The notes under the pieces are model-generated. The model was not told where the DNA came from and searched no databases. It saw only the letters and a program-made list of their open reading frames with translations. DNA of 64,000 nt from Alphaproteobacteria bacterium. Lineage in GTDB: Bacteria > Pseudomonadota > Alphaproteobacteria > UBA828. The translations under genes and the position numbers were made by a program. Positions within the stretch are counted from its first letter, which is position 1. Each line of letters starts with the position of its first letter. The DNA lies in assembly GCA_965214705.1 (NCBI GenBank), contig CBDCCI010000002.1, forward strand, positions 1,216,001 to 1,280,000, written 5' to 3'. Below, in pieces: positions 37,565 to 47,192 of this stretch.

Positions 37565-37613
37565 TCATTTCCCTCAGTCGCCGGGCGCTCACTCCGTTCG
37601 CTTGGCTACGCGC
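37565..37613 (+). repeat. 49-bp dispersed repeat, copy 2, at the island's left edge
   Basis: Matches 3087-3135 with 3 mismatches; AT-richer sequence follows immediately. Confidence 0.8.
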
Positions 37614-37819
37614 CTATCGGTGCTATTTTTTAGCTTGGTTCATGACGTGCGTTTAATGACCAAAATCATTCAATTACTTGATTGCACCCTCTCCGCATGT
37701 AGCATCGCACACTACACTGCAAACACCGAGTCAACACAAACGCCGAGCTCTGTGCGGCCGGGTATGAGAAGGGTCGTTGGCGAGCCTCCGCTCCAGCCGC
37801 CTCCGGTCATAGAATGTTG

Positions 37820-38398
37820 GTTGGCCATGATGAGCGCCTCGAATTCCTCGCGCGGAAGAGTCTGGATTTCGTCGAACAAAATCACGATTGAGGTATTGCG
37901 GTCCCTGGCGGCATCGCCGGCGGCCACGAAAACTTCGGCAAGGTCGCGGCTCAGCCTGCCGCTGTCGGCAACGCCCGGCTCGCCATCGATGTCGACCGCG
38001 AATTCAACGCCCTCCACCTTCATCGTCACCAAGCCGACGAAACTTTTGAGAACCCGCAGGCCCTTCTTTACATGCTCGCTCACCCCCTTGATCCGGTCGA
38101 GCTTCAGCAGGATCGCGCAGGGTGGCAATGATCGATATCGACAGTGGCTCGTTGCTGCCAACCTCAATGAAGTCGGTCAGGTCAGCGCTCCTTCTTCCTC
38201 TGCCATGGCCTGAACTTCGTTTAGCAGAACCGTCTTACCGACGCCGCGCAATCCTACGAAAATGAAGCTGCGGGCCGACCGGCCGGACCTGTTGCGCTGC
38301 ACCGCGAGGCGGGCGTCGGCGAGGACGGCGTCTCGCCCGGCGAGTTCCGGCGGCGGCGTTCCCGCGCCGGGCGCATAGGGATTAAAGCGTGGGTTCAT
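37820..38398 (-). pseudogene. AAA-family ATPase (AAA_16-like), frameshifted and truncated
   Basis: NPYAPGAGTPPPELAGRD…GLRGVGKT is followed by a 5-bp duplication (CTGACCTGAC) creating a stop, then a second shift. Walker B ILFDEIQ lies in ORF 37712-38167, and recognisable similarity ends near EEFEALIMA. Confidence 0.75.
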
Positions 38399-38415
38399 TC
38401 AGCCGCTTCCACATA

Positions 38416-38493
38416 GTTTATCCGCAACCGGCATAAACCGCTTCGATCCGGTCCCCGGCCGGCTCCGTCAGTTTATACATGATTGCCATAAAC
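38416..38493. promoter_or_regulatory. Two GTTTAT-N11-ATAAAC operator-like palindromes
   Basis: 38416-38438 and 38471-38493 have identical arms and spacer length, lie 55 bp apart, and sit directly upstream of the AAA pseudogene. Confidence 0.6.
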
Positions 38494-38594
38494 TCTCTAC
38501 ACGTCCAGCCTGCCAACCGGCATTGCAGGCCAACCGCTGCCATCATTCGTCGCCGCGCCCTTCGCAGCCGGGGGAGGGAAGAGTCGAATCGAAA

Positions 38595-38805
38595 GCGAGG
38601 CAGCGCTCCGAGATCCCGTTCCTGCGCTCGGTCTATGTCCGGCGGGATCGTATCGAGTTCCCCAACGCCAAGACTGGTAAGCGCATGGTGTCGCTTGGCT
38701 TCGACCCCCGATTTGCCTCGGCTACATGCCCCCCCCCTCCAGCAGTGCCGCTGACCACGCCGGTGGTCGACGACATCGAGGGCAGTCCCTGGGTCATCCG
38801 GAGCC
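38595..38805 (+). pseudogene. Tyrosine recombinase/integrase remnant
   Basis: RQRSEIPFLRSVYVRRDRIEFPNAKTGKRMVSL…GSPWVI resembles the box I Arg and KT(G) Lys region of phage integrases; no HxxR or Tyr half is present. Confidence 0.5.
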
Positions 38806-38887
38806 AGACGCGCCTCCGCTCGCAACGCGAGGTTTGTCGGTCCTATGCGGATTCCCATGCACTGGCCTCTTCCATCCCTCACCCACG

Positions 38888-39544
38888 CTATCTCGGGATC
38901 CAATGCTTGAATTCGATCCCAAACCGCTGCGGGCCGAACCGATAGCCCATGCCCTTCGGGTCGACGAACGCTAGCCAGTATTCCGAGGGCGGCACAGAAT
39001 TCACATAGTGCGGCCGACCCTGCCTTCGCAACAGCGACACGCTCGGTCGCCCTCGATAAAAGGACAGCTCCCTGCGCACGCCGAGCACCTGCCTCACGAT
39101 ATCCTTCTTGAAGTTGGCCTGAGCCTTGCACTCCACGCCCAGAATGATCTGATTGTGAGCAGGCCGCTGCCGGTCCTGTGCGCCCGCCAACAAAACGACA
39201 TCTATCTCGTGATAGGAACTCGGGCCCCGCACACCACCTGCCAAGGACGAGCTCAGCGTCCTGACCTCGATGTCGGTATGCAACTCCAGCTCAGATCCCA
39301 TCCCGTCGACGACAAAGTACGACCGCTTTTGGTCGATCATCCCCGGACTAGCTTTGAAATCGACTGCCGAACCTTGGAAGCCGACCGAAACCCCTGGCAA
39401 GCCATGCAAAAACTCCACGGCCCGGGCGAGACAATAGAGTTCGTAGACCTTTCCCTTCCCTGTGCCCAGGAGGGATGGCCGAACGTTTTGCCTGTGGCTG
39501 TCGAAGAAATCCTCGACTTTCTTCCTGGCCTCGCTCAGTTTCAC
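38888..39544 (-). CDS. Hypothetical protein, probable PD-(D/E)XK restriction-endonuclease-fold nuclease
   Basis: GKVYELY…EIDVVLL…GVECKA gives an E…D…ExK arrangement; GTG start overlaps the upstream stop by 4 bp. Confidence 0.6.
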   Translation of the reverse strand: MKLSEARKKVEDFFDSHRQNVRPSLLGTGKGKVYELYCLARAVEFLHGLPGVSVGFQGSAVDFKASPGMIDQKRSYFVVDGMGSELELHTDIEVRTLSSSLAGGVRGPSSYHEIDVVLLAGAQDRQRPAHNQIILGVECKAQANFKKDIVRQVLGVRRELSFYRGRPSVSLLRRQGRPHYVNSVPPSEYWLAFVDPKGMGYRFGPQRFGIEFKHWIPR

Positions 39545-39969
39545 GATGCACCGCTATCGGGTTCCGAAGGCGGCGATGGCTCCATGAGAGCCGCTTCGAG
39601 CATGTGCAACTCGCTGCGAATCTCCACCATGTCCCCCAGGGTTGGTATCGGTACACCTTCATCAGGCCCCGCGAGCCCAGACAAACGATCGTCCTCGAAA
39701 TGCAACATGGCGCTCTCCGGCCTAGCGCCGTCGTCCAGGCTGTTGCCGATGAGCAAGAGCGATTCGGTCACCGCCTCGGCAGCATTCGCCGCAAGGTAGC
39801 GGTCGAACGCCCCGAGCATCCGCTTCACCAACGTCCGCCCAACGGGCAGCGATCGCTCTTCACCTTCTTCGTCCATGTAGTTGCCGAAGTCGGCAATGTC
39901 GTCTAGGCCAAGCTCCGAAAGACGCTGGCCGATCAGTCCCGCCAACTCGAGGTACTCCTCATCGTCCAT
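39541..39969 (-). CDS. Acidic hypothetical protein (142 aa)
   Basis: GGAGG RBS, D/E-rich composition, translationally coupled to the downstream nuclease-like gene. Confidence 0.65.
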   Translation of the reverse strand: MDDEEYLELAGLIGQRLSELGLDDIADFGNYMDEEGEERSLPVGRTLVKRMLGAFDRYLAANAAEAVTESLLLIGNSLDDGARPESAMLHFEDDRLSGLAGPDEGVPIPTLGDMVEIRSELHMLEAALMEPSPPSEPDSGAS

Positions 39970-40126
39970 CCGTCCCTCCAGACACCATCCGTCCTGGCGC
40001 CTACCGCGGCCTCGTCGACCGCTTCAAGTTCGGCGCACTTCCCAAGCCGCCTCTCCCCATTCACCCAGCCACCTTCGCAAGGCCGGAAATCGCCGATGGT
40101 CAGCACGCGGTACCGACCCGATAAAC

Positions 40127-43100
40127 TTACATCCCAATCTCCTGTCGTACGAAATTGGTGACAGCCGGCAGATTGCCTCGCACGATTAGCTCATTTTCTA
40201 CAATCACCGAAATGCTGCCGCCCACCTTTCGGTAATCTTCTACTGCGATATCGGCTGCACAATTCGACGTTAACGGTCCCGATAGAGCTATTATAAACTC
40301 GTCGCCGTTGTTTTTCCGCACCAAAATGGGAGCCACCAACCCTTCCATTTCCTGATCGAGTTCAGCGTCCAGCTCCAGTTCGACGCCAGGTAATCCCTGT
40401 CGCCGAAGATCGTGATACAGCAGAGTGGTCGAGCGGGAGAGACGCGCTGGATCAAACTGTGGCATTGTTCCGAACGCTAGATACTCCAGAAGCTCAGCAC
40501 CCGTATGGCGATCCAGGAGATTGTGTTCAAACTTATTCTTGTAGCTACGCAAACATCTGTAGCATGATGCGTCGCAACCTTCCTTGCACGACTTCAACAC
40601 GCTCAGTGCCTTCTCCAGCAATTCCTGTCCGAAGTATGCCGCCAATCTCGAAAACCCCGCACCCCCCGCCAATGTGTCGTAGAAAAATATCTCCGCTTCC
40701 GACCCCAGCTTTCCTTCTGGCGTAAGAGCCGGACGGTACTCTGCCATGACTTCCCCGCCCTCAACCTGGAGCAACTCACAAGCTGCCTTGGACAATGCCT
40801 CACTTACGGTACGCAAGGCTACCTTCGTCGATGAATAGCCTGGTCGAAGGTTCATTGGTGGTGCTACTCGGAACGAGAATAGCGCTATGTCCGTGATGAA
40901 GTCTGTCCCTAGCACGATATGTCTAGTAGAGCTGGTCCCATCACAAATGTTTTTCTTGTCATCTTCCGGGTACGGCTTTCGATGCGCACCATTTAGTTTC
41001 GGCTCATGTTCATAAGTGGATTCTATTCTTCCGCAACTTGTGCAGTACGTGTACCCATCACTTTTCGGCCCGGTATTCGATACCAGAAGGTGCTGTCGAT
41101 CCGTTAGCACCCGCACTCGTTCGTTGATTTCTCTCCACCCGGCGGACTCGTCCGGCGGTGTACCCATTGTCAGCTTTGCCCGCGTAGCGTAGCTCGTCTC
41201 CGGCATATCATCCGGCGACGTTACTTCTTCGAGATCAACGGGGTGTGCGAATCCTGGTGGGCGAAGCCAATATCTGCCGGGGCCGAAGCTTCCCTCTCCA
41301 CCACACGCTTCACAGTCGTGTTTATCCCCTCTGTCCCTCTCCGTCGTCTCGAACGTCCTGGCAAACCCGCACTCCCGACACTCCATATAGATTCGCTTGG
41401 TTGACCACGCGTCGAACCTCTCGTCCCGGAAAGGCGAGTAGATCGCTCCCGAAGTGTAGCACTTGCCGGAAATCCACACTTGCTTTCCGGGGGCATATTG
41501 CGACAGCGCCACCGGCAGACCTTGAGACGGTGCGAACCGCATGATCGGCCGGAACGGCGTCGACCGCCCTTTGTCGAATACGTGAAACGTCGCCACGTCC
41601 GTTGGAAATGCGTAGCGTGGCAGAACCCCGCAATACAATAGCCTATCCAGCAGCTTTCCGGAGTTCCAGGACTGCTGCCCCCGCTCTTCTCCCTCCTCCG
41701 ATGCAACCTCGGCTCCCACTTCTTCGTTGCCGTCGTTCACTTCCGCAGAACCGTCGTCGTCTTCCCTTCGTCCGATCGCTCCGTCTATCGCCCTAAGGCA
41801 ATCTACCTTCATTCCCTCGAGAAGCCCGGCACGGTCGTGATCAGATAGTTCCTTAGGTATCCAGGAATCGACTTTTCTCCTTAGCTCCTCTTCATTCTCT
41901 TCCAACCACTTTGCGAAATTGTCCCGGCTCAGCACCCCCGTCCCGGTTCGGAACTCCGACACCGTACCAAGAACCGAAAACAGATCCTGTCGCATATCCG
42001 GATCAAGTTTCGGGATTCGCGCCTGGTGATAGTTCTGTAGCAGGAATGCGCGAATATGACGTCGGGCGATGTCCGCATTGTCAAGAGTCAGTCTCGGATC
42101 GACCACGTCACCACGGATCATGCCATCAGGTTCGGAAAAATAATGCTCATCGTGGCTGTCCGAACTACCGAACGCGACGACAGTCGCCACCGCATTGCCT
42201 CGACGTCCGGCTCTGCCACTACGTTGCTGGTAGTTGGCCCGTCCCGGTGGCATGTTGCGCAGAGCCACTCCTGACAACGCTCCAATGTCGATGCCGACCT
42301 CCATAGTCGTGGTGCTTGACAAGACATCAATGGCCGTTTGTGTCCCATCTTCAGGGTCCAATTGGATATCCTGGAACAGCAACTCGTTTTCCTCTGCCTT
42401 GGAAAACACATCTTCATTTTGCGGCGCATTCAGCTGGGCTGTATGTTCGGCGGCGATTAGAGCCATTGGCTGCCGAGGCGGATCCGTCAGCGCTTCCGTC
42501 ACCGCTTTGCGGTAGAATCCCTTCCGCGCGAGAAATACAATATCCGTATCGGGATGCATTTCGCGAACGCTCAGCTCACCGCAATCAAGGCAATGGTCCA
42601 GTCCCGGCACTGGACGATGAACAGACTTGCAACTTGTGCAATGGACCCAAGGACCATCAAAGCTCAAGGAAAGCTGGCTCCCCCGCAGACGCTTGAATCC
42701 ACCCTCTGCATCCTCCGCGAACAGGTTGAGGAGTTCTGGCGACCACTGGTTCCAAAACACCTTCTCGCCCTCTTTGTTCCTTAGGACGGTAGCCATTGCC
42801 CTAAATTTTGCCTTCTGACCGCCTATGCTGATACCTTGCGATCGTGGCCGTTTCCACCATACCGGCGGCATCGCGTTGAGCCAGAAGCCATGTCTTTGCC
42901 AGCAACGAAGCCAAGCCCTTGCGAGCCCCACCTTCGCCTCCGCTGTCTCAACAAGACCCGGGATTGACGGAAGGCGTTCCAGCGAAGTCGTCAGCTCTTG
43001 ACGCTCGACAATCGTGCCCAGAGCCAGTGCCTCAAAACCCAGAAATCGATCTCGGACAGTCGTTACGACGTTATCGAGGAGAGCCTCCGGCGGTCTTTCA

Positions 43101-45679
43101 CTGCGGAGCTTTATGCATAGCGCCAACAACTCCGCGTCATTGTCCAGCACACCCTGCTCGTAGGCTTCTGCGACGATCCCCTCCGCGGCGAAGCTCTCAC
43201 CGGACTTGATTTCCGGACGAAGACGAACCTTCAACCTGTTCGATGCCAACAAGACCGCCAAATACAAGTCGTCAAGACTTAGTAGTGACGCGAATGCCGG
43301 CAGCTCCTGCAGACGTCGATAGCCCCACGCTATAAGAGGTCGCAAAGAATCTCGATCGGAATACAGTTGCAGATTGGGCGCCAGCCGGGCAGCGACTTGC
43401 CTCGAATCCGCAAACGTCAATACTTTTCGCCCCTGCAATGGAGCGAAGCCGGTCGCCTCCACCGGTGCTGGTGGCTGAATTTGTACCTGTCGAGAGACCA
43501 AAGCCTGAAAAGGTTGGTCCCCTTTCGTCTGATGGTCTTGAACGTATGACCGCCCGAAACGCCCGGTTGCCCTACATACTGCGCACCTGATGAACTGCGC
43601 ACACGAAGCTTCGTCTGCGACTGTCTCACCATCTTCATCAACCGAATTCGCAATCCTGTCGCCACGGATGAACACGTTTCGCATGCGCTCGCCAGGCGCC
43701 GGCGGATTGAGTCGACCTGTTTCAAGGTCGTACTCGGCCAGTTCCACAGCGTCCTCATCCAAAGGCTCCTCCAAGAGAAGGTCGATTGCGGAGAGCGGCT
43801 CAGTATCGGCTGTTGCCATCCTTAGGCGTTCGCCGGGTTCGGCCCACAGCGCTGTCGGCTCCAGGGGATCATCGGTGTACGCTCTCGCGTATGCCGTCCC
43901 GCAGTTGCGACACGTATACAGTTCCAATACGCGAGCTCCGCAACCGCAAGATTCCCGCGGTTGCCCATACATTTTTCCGCAAACCGGATCTTCGGCTTCC
44001 TGTTCCCTCTCAGAGCACTCCGGATCCATGCACACCCACAATCCCGGGAGACCCCTAAAGAAATTGTGAATGCGGCATGGCAGCAGCCCAGGCGTATGTG
44101 GTTCCTCTCGGGCTACACTTCCTAGTGCCATCAACGTGGTAAGCGCTGCATTCGCCGCTTCTTTGGGTGCCCCGGGGAAAATTTCGCTGTCCAGCTCACC
44201 TAGCGGCAGCGCCTCTTTCATTGTCGCATTAATCAATAGCTTCATTGGCCCGTAGTCGAACAAAGCGCCGTAGAGCACGCGTTCCGCCGTGTCTCCCTTC
44301 GATACTCCCCTATATTCAACAAGCTCCTGGACTGTCTCTAGGCGTTCTGAGTCCGTATTCGCTTTGTAGAACCGTTCAAGATCGATTGAAGACAGTATTT
44401 CTGCATCCCGCTCCGTTCCAAACGCTTCCTCTTCTTTCAGGTCAAGCGTACCGGTTATGGCAACAAAGGAACTTGACGACAGACCGGACAATTGTGCGCC
44501 GAATTCAGGGGCATATTCTCGCCTACGAAAACTGGCCGTAGCACTAATTATCTGCAAACGATCTTCGCCTATTCCCAGTCGATCTCGCAACCTCCGTATA
44601 AGCAAACCAACTTCCGCGCCACCAGCACCTCTGTACAGATGCGCTTCGTCAAGAACCACCAGGAACCGTTCGTCCGGATTTGCTTCAAGCCATCGACTCG
44701 TCGCGTCAAAAATAGGACGCTCGATCGGCCGCATCAGCATGTATTCGAGCATTGAGTAGTTCGTGACCAAGAGGTCCGGCGGCGCGACCTGCACCTCATG
44801 CCGCGTGATCAATTCCGAATCCTCGGGCAGTGTTACCGCTCGCCGAAAATCTCCGGTTTTAGGGTCCTTCCATCGACTGCCTTTACTTCCTAGCCATGCT
44901 GACAGGCTCGGCTTGGCTGGCCATTTCCCGTGTTCCTTCAGTTCGTTCAAGAGACTCTGCGCCTTTCCCCTTTCGTCCTGATCTGCCGACTTAGCTTTGC
45001 GTTCAATGTCCGCATAGAAGTCGTCAATAGCCTTCAGTTTTCTGCCATCCTTGTTCGGACTGCGCATGCCGGCGTAGGGTGTTCTGCTCGTATAACGCGC
45101 GAAACGAGGAGGGCGAGCCGACCAGCTCTTGAAGAGTTCTACGATCCTGGGATCCCCGAACAAGCCTCGTAGCCGACCCAGTTGATCGTTGACCAGCGCG
45201 TTCATTGGATAAAGAACCAGCGCGCGCATGGCTGGTAAACCATTGAAGGATTCTGGCTGCCGCTTTGCTTCCCCGGCCAGCTTTCCGAGAATCGGCAGCA
45301 GGAAAGATTCCGTCTTCCCGGATCCGGTTCCGGTCATAATGACCAGGTTTCGTCCTTCGATCAGGCATCCGCGAATGGCATCTGACTGATGGCTGTACGG
45401 CGGATCGTAAACCAGCTGCGGGAGTTCTCCGTCCTCCTTGGCTATGGCCAGATATGCTTCCAGGGCCGCATCAGGCAGTCCCACCATCTCCGACAGTGCT
45501 TCGCCTGACGAATAGCGTGGTGTCGATTCCAGATACGGGACCTGATAAATCAAGCCAGGCTGATCCAGTAGTGCCTTACGCTGCCGAATGAGGGATGGCC
45601 CACTGATATGGTATGTCGCTTCAATGTATTCGCTTAGCGCGCGGTGAAGCTGCTCGATCGATTCTTGCGTGGTGTGCAT
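40127..45679 (-). CDS. druE: Druantia DruE: SF2 helicase with Zn-finger clusters and DUF1998 (~1850 aa)
   Basis: Motifs TGTGSGKTE, YPMNALVNDQ, LDEAH, SATAS, TTTMEVGIDIG and NYQQRSGRAGRR; DUF1998 region FYDTLAGGAG…CxxxCxxSCYRCL; last gene of a druA-led operon. Confidence 0.88.
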   Translation of the reverse strand: MHTTQESIEQLHRALSEYIEATYHISGPSLIRQRKALLDQPGLIYQVPYLESTPRYSSGEALSEMVGLPDAALEAYLAIAKEDGELPQLVYDPPYSHQSDAIRGCLIEGRNLVIMTGTGSGKTESFLLPILGKLAGEAKRQPESFNGLPAMRALVLYPMNALVNDQLGRLRGLFGDPRIVELFKSWSARPPRFARYTSRTPYAGMRSPNKDGRKLKAIDDFYADIERKAKSADQDERGKAQSLLNELKEHGKWPAKPSLSAWLGSKGSRWKDPKTGDFRRAVTLPEDSELITRHEVQVAPPDLLVTNYSMLEYMLMRPIERPIFDATSRWLEANPDERFLVVLDEAHLYRGAGGAEVGLLIRRLRDRLGIGEDRLQIISATASFRRREYAPEFGAQLSGLSSSSFVAITGTLDLKEEEAFGTERDAEILSSIDLERFYKANTDSERLETVQELVEYRGVSKGDTAERVLYGALFDYGPMKLLINATMKEALPLGELDSEIFPGAPKEAANAALTTLMALGSVAREEPHTPGLLPCRIHNFFRGLPGLWVCMDPECSEREQEAEDPVCGKMYGQPRESCGCGARVLELYTCRNCGTAYARAYTDDPLEPTALWAEPGERLRMATADTEPLSAIDLLLEEPLDEDAVELAEYDLETGRLNPPAPGERMRNVFIRGDRIANSVDEDGETVADEASCAQFIRCAVCRATGRFGRSYVQDHQTKGDQPFQALVSRQVQIQPPAPVEATGFAPLQGRKVLTFADSRQVAARLAPNLQLYSDRDSLRPLIAWGYRRLQELPAFASLLSLDDLYLAVLLASNRLKVRLRPEIKSGESFAAEGIVAEAYEQGVLDNDAELLALCIKLRSERPPEALLDNVVTTVRDRFLGFEALALGTIVERQELTTSLERLPSIPGLVETAEAKVGLARAWLRCWQRHGFWLNAMPPVWWKRPRSQGISIGGQKAKFRAMATVLRNKEGEKVFWNQWSPELLNLFAEDAEGGFKRLRGSQLSLSFDGPWVHCTSCKSVHRPVPGLDHCLDCGELSVREMHPDTDIVFLARKGFYRKAVTEALTDPPRQPMALIAAEHTAQLNAPQNEDVFSKAEENELLFQDIQLDPEDGTQTAIDVLSSTTTMEVGIDIGALSGVALRNMPPGRANYQQRSGRAGRRGNAVATVVAFGSSDSHDEHYFSEPDGMIRGDVVDPRLTLDNADIARRHIRAFLLQNYHQARIPKLDPDMRQDLFSVLGTVSEFRTGTGVLSRDNFAKWLEENEEELRRKVDSWIPKELSDHDRAGLLEGMKVDCLRAIDGAIGRREDDDGSAEVNDGNEEVGAEVASEEGEERGQQSWNSGKLLDRLLYCGVLPRYAFPTDVATFHVFDKGRSTPFRPIMRFAPSQGLPVALSQYAPGKQVWISGKCYTSGAIYSPFRDERFDAWSTKRIYMECRECGFARTFETTERDRGDKHDCEACGGEGSFGPGRYWLRPPGFAHPVDLEEVTSPDDMPETSYATRAKLTMGTPPDESAGWREINERVRVLTDRQHLLVSNTGPKSDGYTYCTSCGRIESTYEHEPKLNGAHRKPYPEDDKKNICDGTSSTRHIVLGTDFITDIALFSFRVAPPMNLRPGYSSTKVALRTVSEALSKAACELLQVEGGEVMAEYRPALTPEGKLGSEAEIFFYDTLAGGAGFSRLAAYFGQELLEKALSVLKSCKEGCDASCYRCLRSYKNKFEHNLLDRHTGAELLEYLAFGTMPQFDPARLSRSTTLLYHDLRRQGLPGVELELDAELDQEMEGLVAPILVRKNNGDEFIIALSGPLTSNCAADIAVEDYRKVGGSISVIVENELIVRGNLPAVTNFVRQEIGM

Positions 45680-45689
45680 CACCTGTCCT

Positions 45690-46772
45690 CTATCCGGAGT
45701 CTTCTGTACGCGAGAGCCAGAGAGTTTTCTGCAAGAACCGCTCTTCGTCTTCCGCAGCGGCATAGGGCAATGCGTATGCCATCAGGCACGACCCTGCCTG
45801 CGCCGCCCTGCCGAACGTGATGAGACGTCTCTCAGCCCAAGCCGGCAGCGGCGAGAAAAACTCGAAACGCCATTCTGCGTCACCGGAATGCACTCGATAC
45901 CGCTGGGGTTCGCCACGATCCGCATCAATAGCCATCTGGAGATGCCAGGCTTCGTCGCAACCGCGCCAATGCGACCGCTTTCTCGGCATATCCATGAACC
46001 GCCTGGAAGCCCCTTCCACCAGTTCGACAAAGCACCAAATCGGGGCACCGTACTCCTGAGGCCGCCTTCCCACGAAGGTGCCCGTTTCCCCTTCACTGCT
46101 TTTCCATCGGCCCCGATAATAGGTAACCGGCTGTTCTGCAACTAGGACCTCCAGACCTTCGACTTCACCCGAAGGGGGCACTTCATCGAGTCCTCGGCGA
46201 TACCGCTCCAATACACGCTTGGCCTCTTCCGCCTTGGGACTCCTGAGCCATGACCTCTCCGACAGTCGCTGAAGCCCCTGCTCTTCCATCCTCCCAGCCA
46301 AGTCCTCGCCTGGCTCCGGCGTGATCAGCCTCGTATAGCCCTGCGCACACACCCTTGACGCAAGCGAATCCGGTAGAAAGATATCTTGGTCGCTCACTAT
46401 TCCGATAACAAATATCTCGTTATTTGGACGGACAACATAACTGGGAGGAGCGGCGAAGACCCATGTACCTCTAACTGACGGATCGAGCGTACTCACATCA
46501 TGTAACTCCAATAAGTCGCCCGTAACCACCAGCCCCTCGACGATTGCCTCAATCCTTTCTCCGACGAGTTCACCCGAGTCGGAAAGATATTGGAGCGCTT
46601 CAGTAAGTGACGTTCGAAGCGTGGCCCTGGAGCACGGACAGCAGATTCCTGCACCCCGCCGAATAAGCGCAATCAGTAAATCGTCATCTACACTTGTACA
46701 GCCGGAACTATTTAGGCCAAGCGTTTCCCGACAGACATCCAGTATTTCCTGCTTCTCAATCTTTTCTATCAT
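45690..46772 (-). CDS. druD: Druantia DruD-like protein (~360 aa)
   Basis: Size and position immediately upstream of druE; segments GDLLEL, YYRGRW and FFSPLPAWAERRL. Assigned mainly by synteny. Confidence 0.65.
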   Translation of the reverse strand: MIEKIEKQEILDVCRETLGLNSSGCTSVDDDLLIALIRRGAGICCPCSRATLRTSLTEALQYLSDSGELVGERIEAIVEGLVVTGDLLELHDVSTLDPSVRGTWVFAAPPSYVVRPNNEIFVIGIVSDQDIFLPDSLASRVCAQGYTRLITPEPGEDLAGRMEEQGLQRLSERSWLRSPKAEEAKRVLERYRRGLDEVPPSGEVEGLEVLVAEQPVTYYRGRWKSSEGETGTFVGRRPQEYGAPIWCFVELVEGASRRFMDMPRKRSHWRGCDEAWHLQMAIDADRGEPQRYRVHSGDAEWRFEFFSPLPAWAERRLITFGRAAQAGSCLMAYALPYAAAEDEERFLQKTLWLSRTEDSG

Positions 46773-47192
46773 TCGATCATCCCATGTCTTCAGCTTCACG
46801 AAGTCCGCGCAAACAAACGTGACAACTGAAGAAATCGCGCGCCACGTAATACAGACGGATTCTCTCGAACTGCATGGAGAAACTTGTTGACATCGTCACC
46901 GAAGAGCTCCGGAATCCGGTGGACTTCGCGCGCCAAACTGAACGCGAATCTGGTTAGCGCAGGGTCGGTACACACATGATATCGCTTGGCCAGATCCATG
47001 TACCAGCGCAAGTCCCGGGTGCCCTCACCGGTGGCCTGCTCGTACTCCCGTCGCAAGACCGCGCCGAAGCCTGTAGATCTTCTTTCAACCGATCGCTGGA
47101 GCATATCCAGCGACTGTTTATTACTTGGCGACCTTCTTAAGGTTTCTTCGGCCCGTACCCAATTCCGACCACACAATTTCTCATAGACAATG

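Noticed and set aside
37440-37620. Short repeats considered as a CRISPR array
   Set aside because: Units are 9-10 bp with no unique spacers, and there are no cas genes in the window.
37280-37720. tRNA/tmRNA integration site at the island boundary
   Set aside because: No T-arm GTTCGA motif in a cloverleaf context was found by eye; tRNAscan-SE would confirm.
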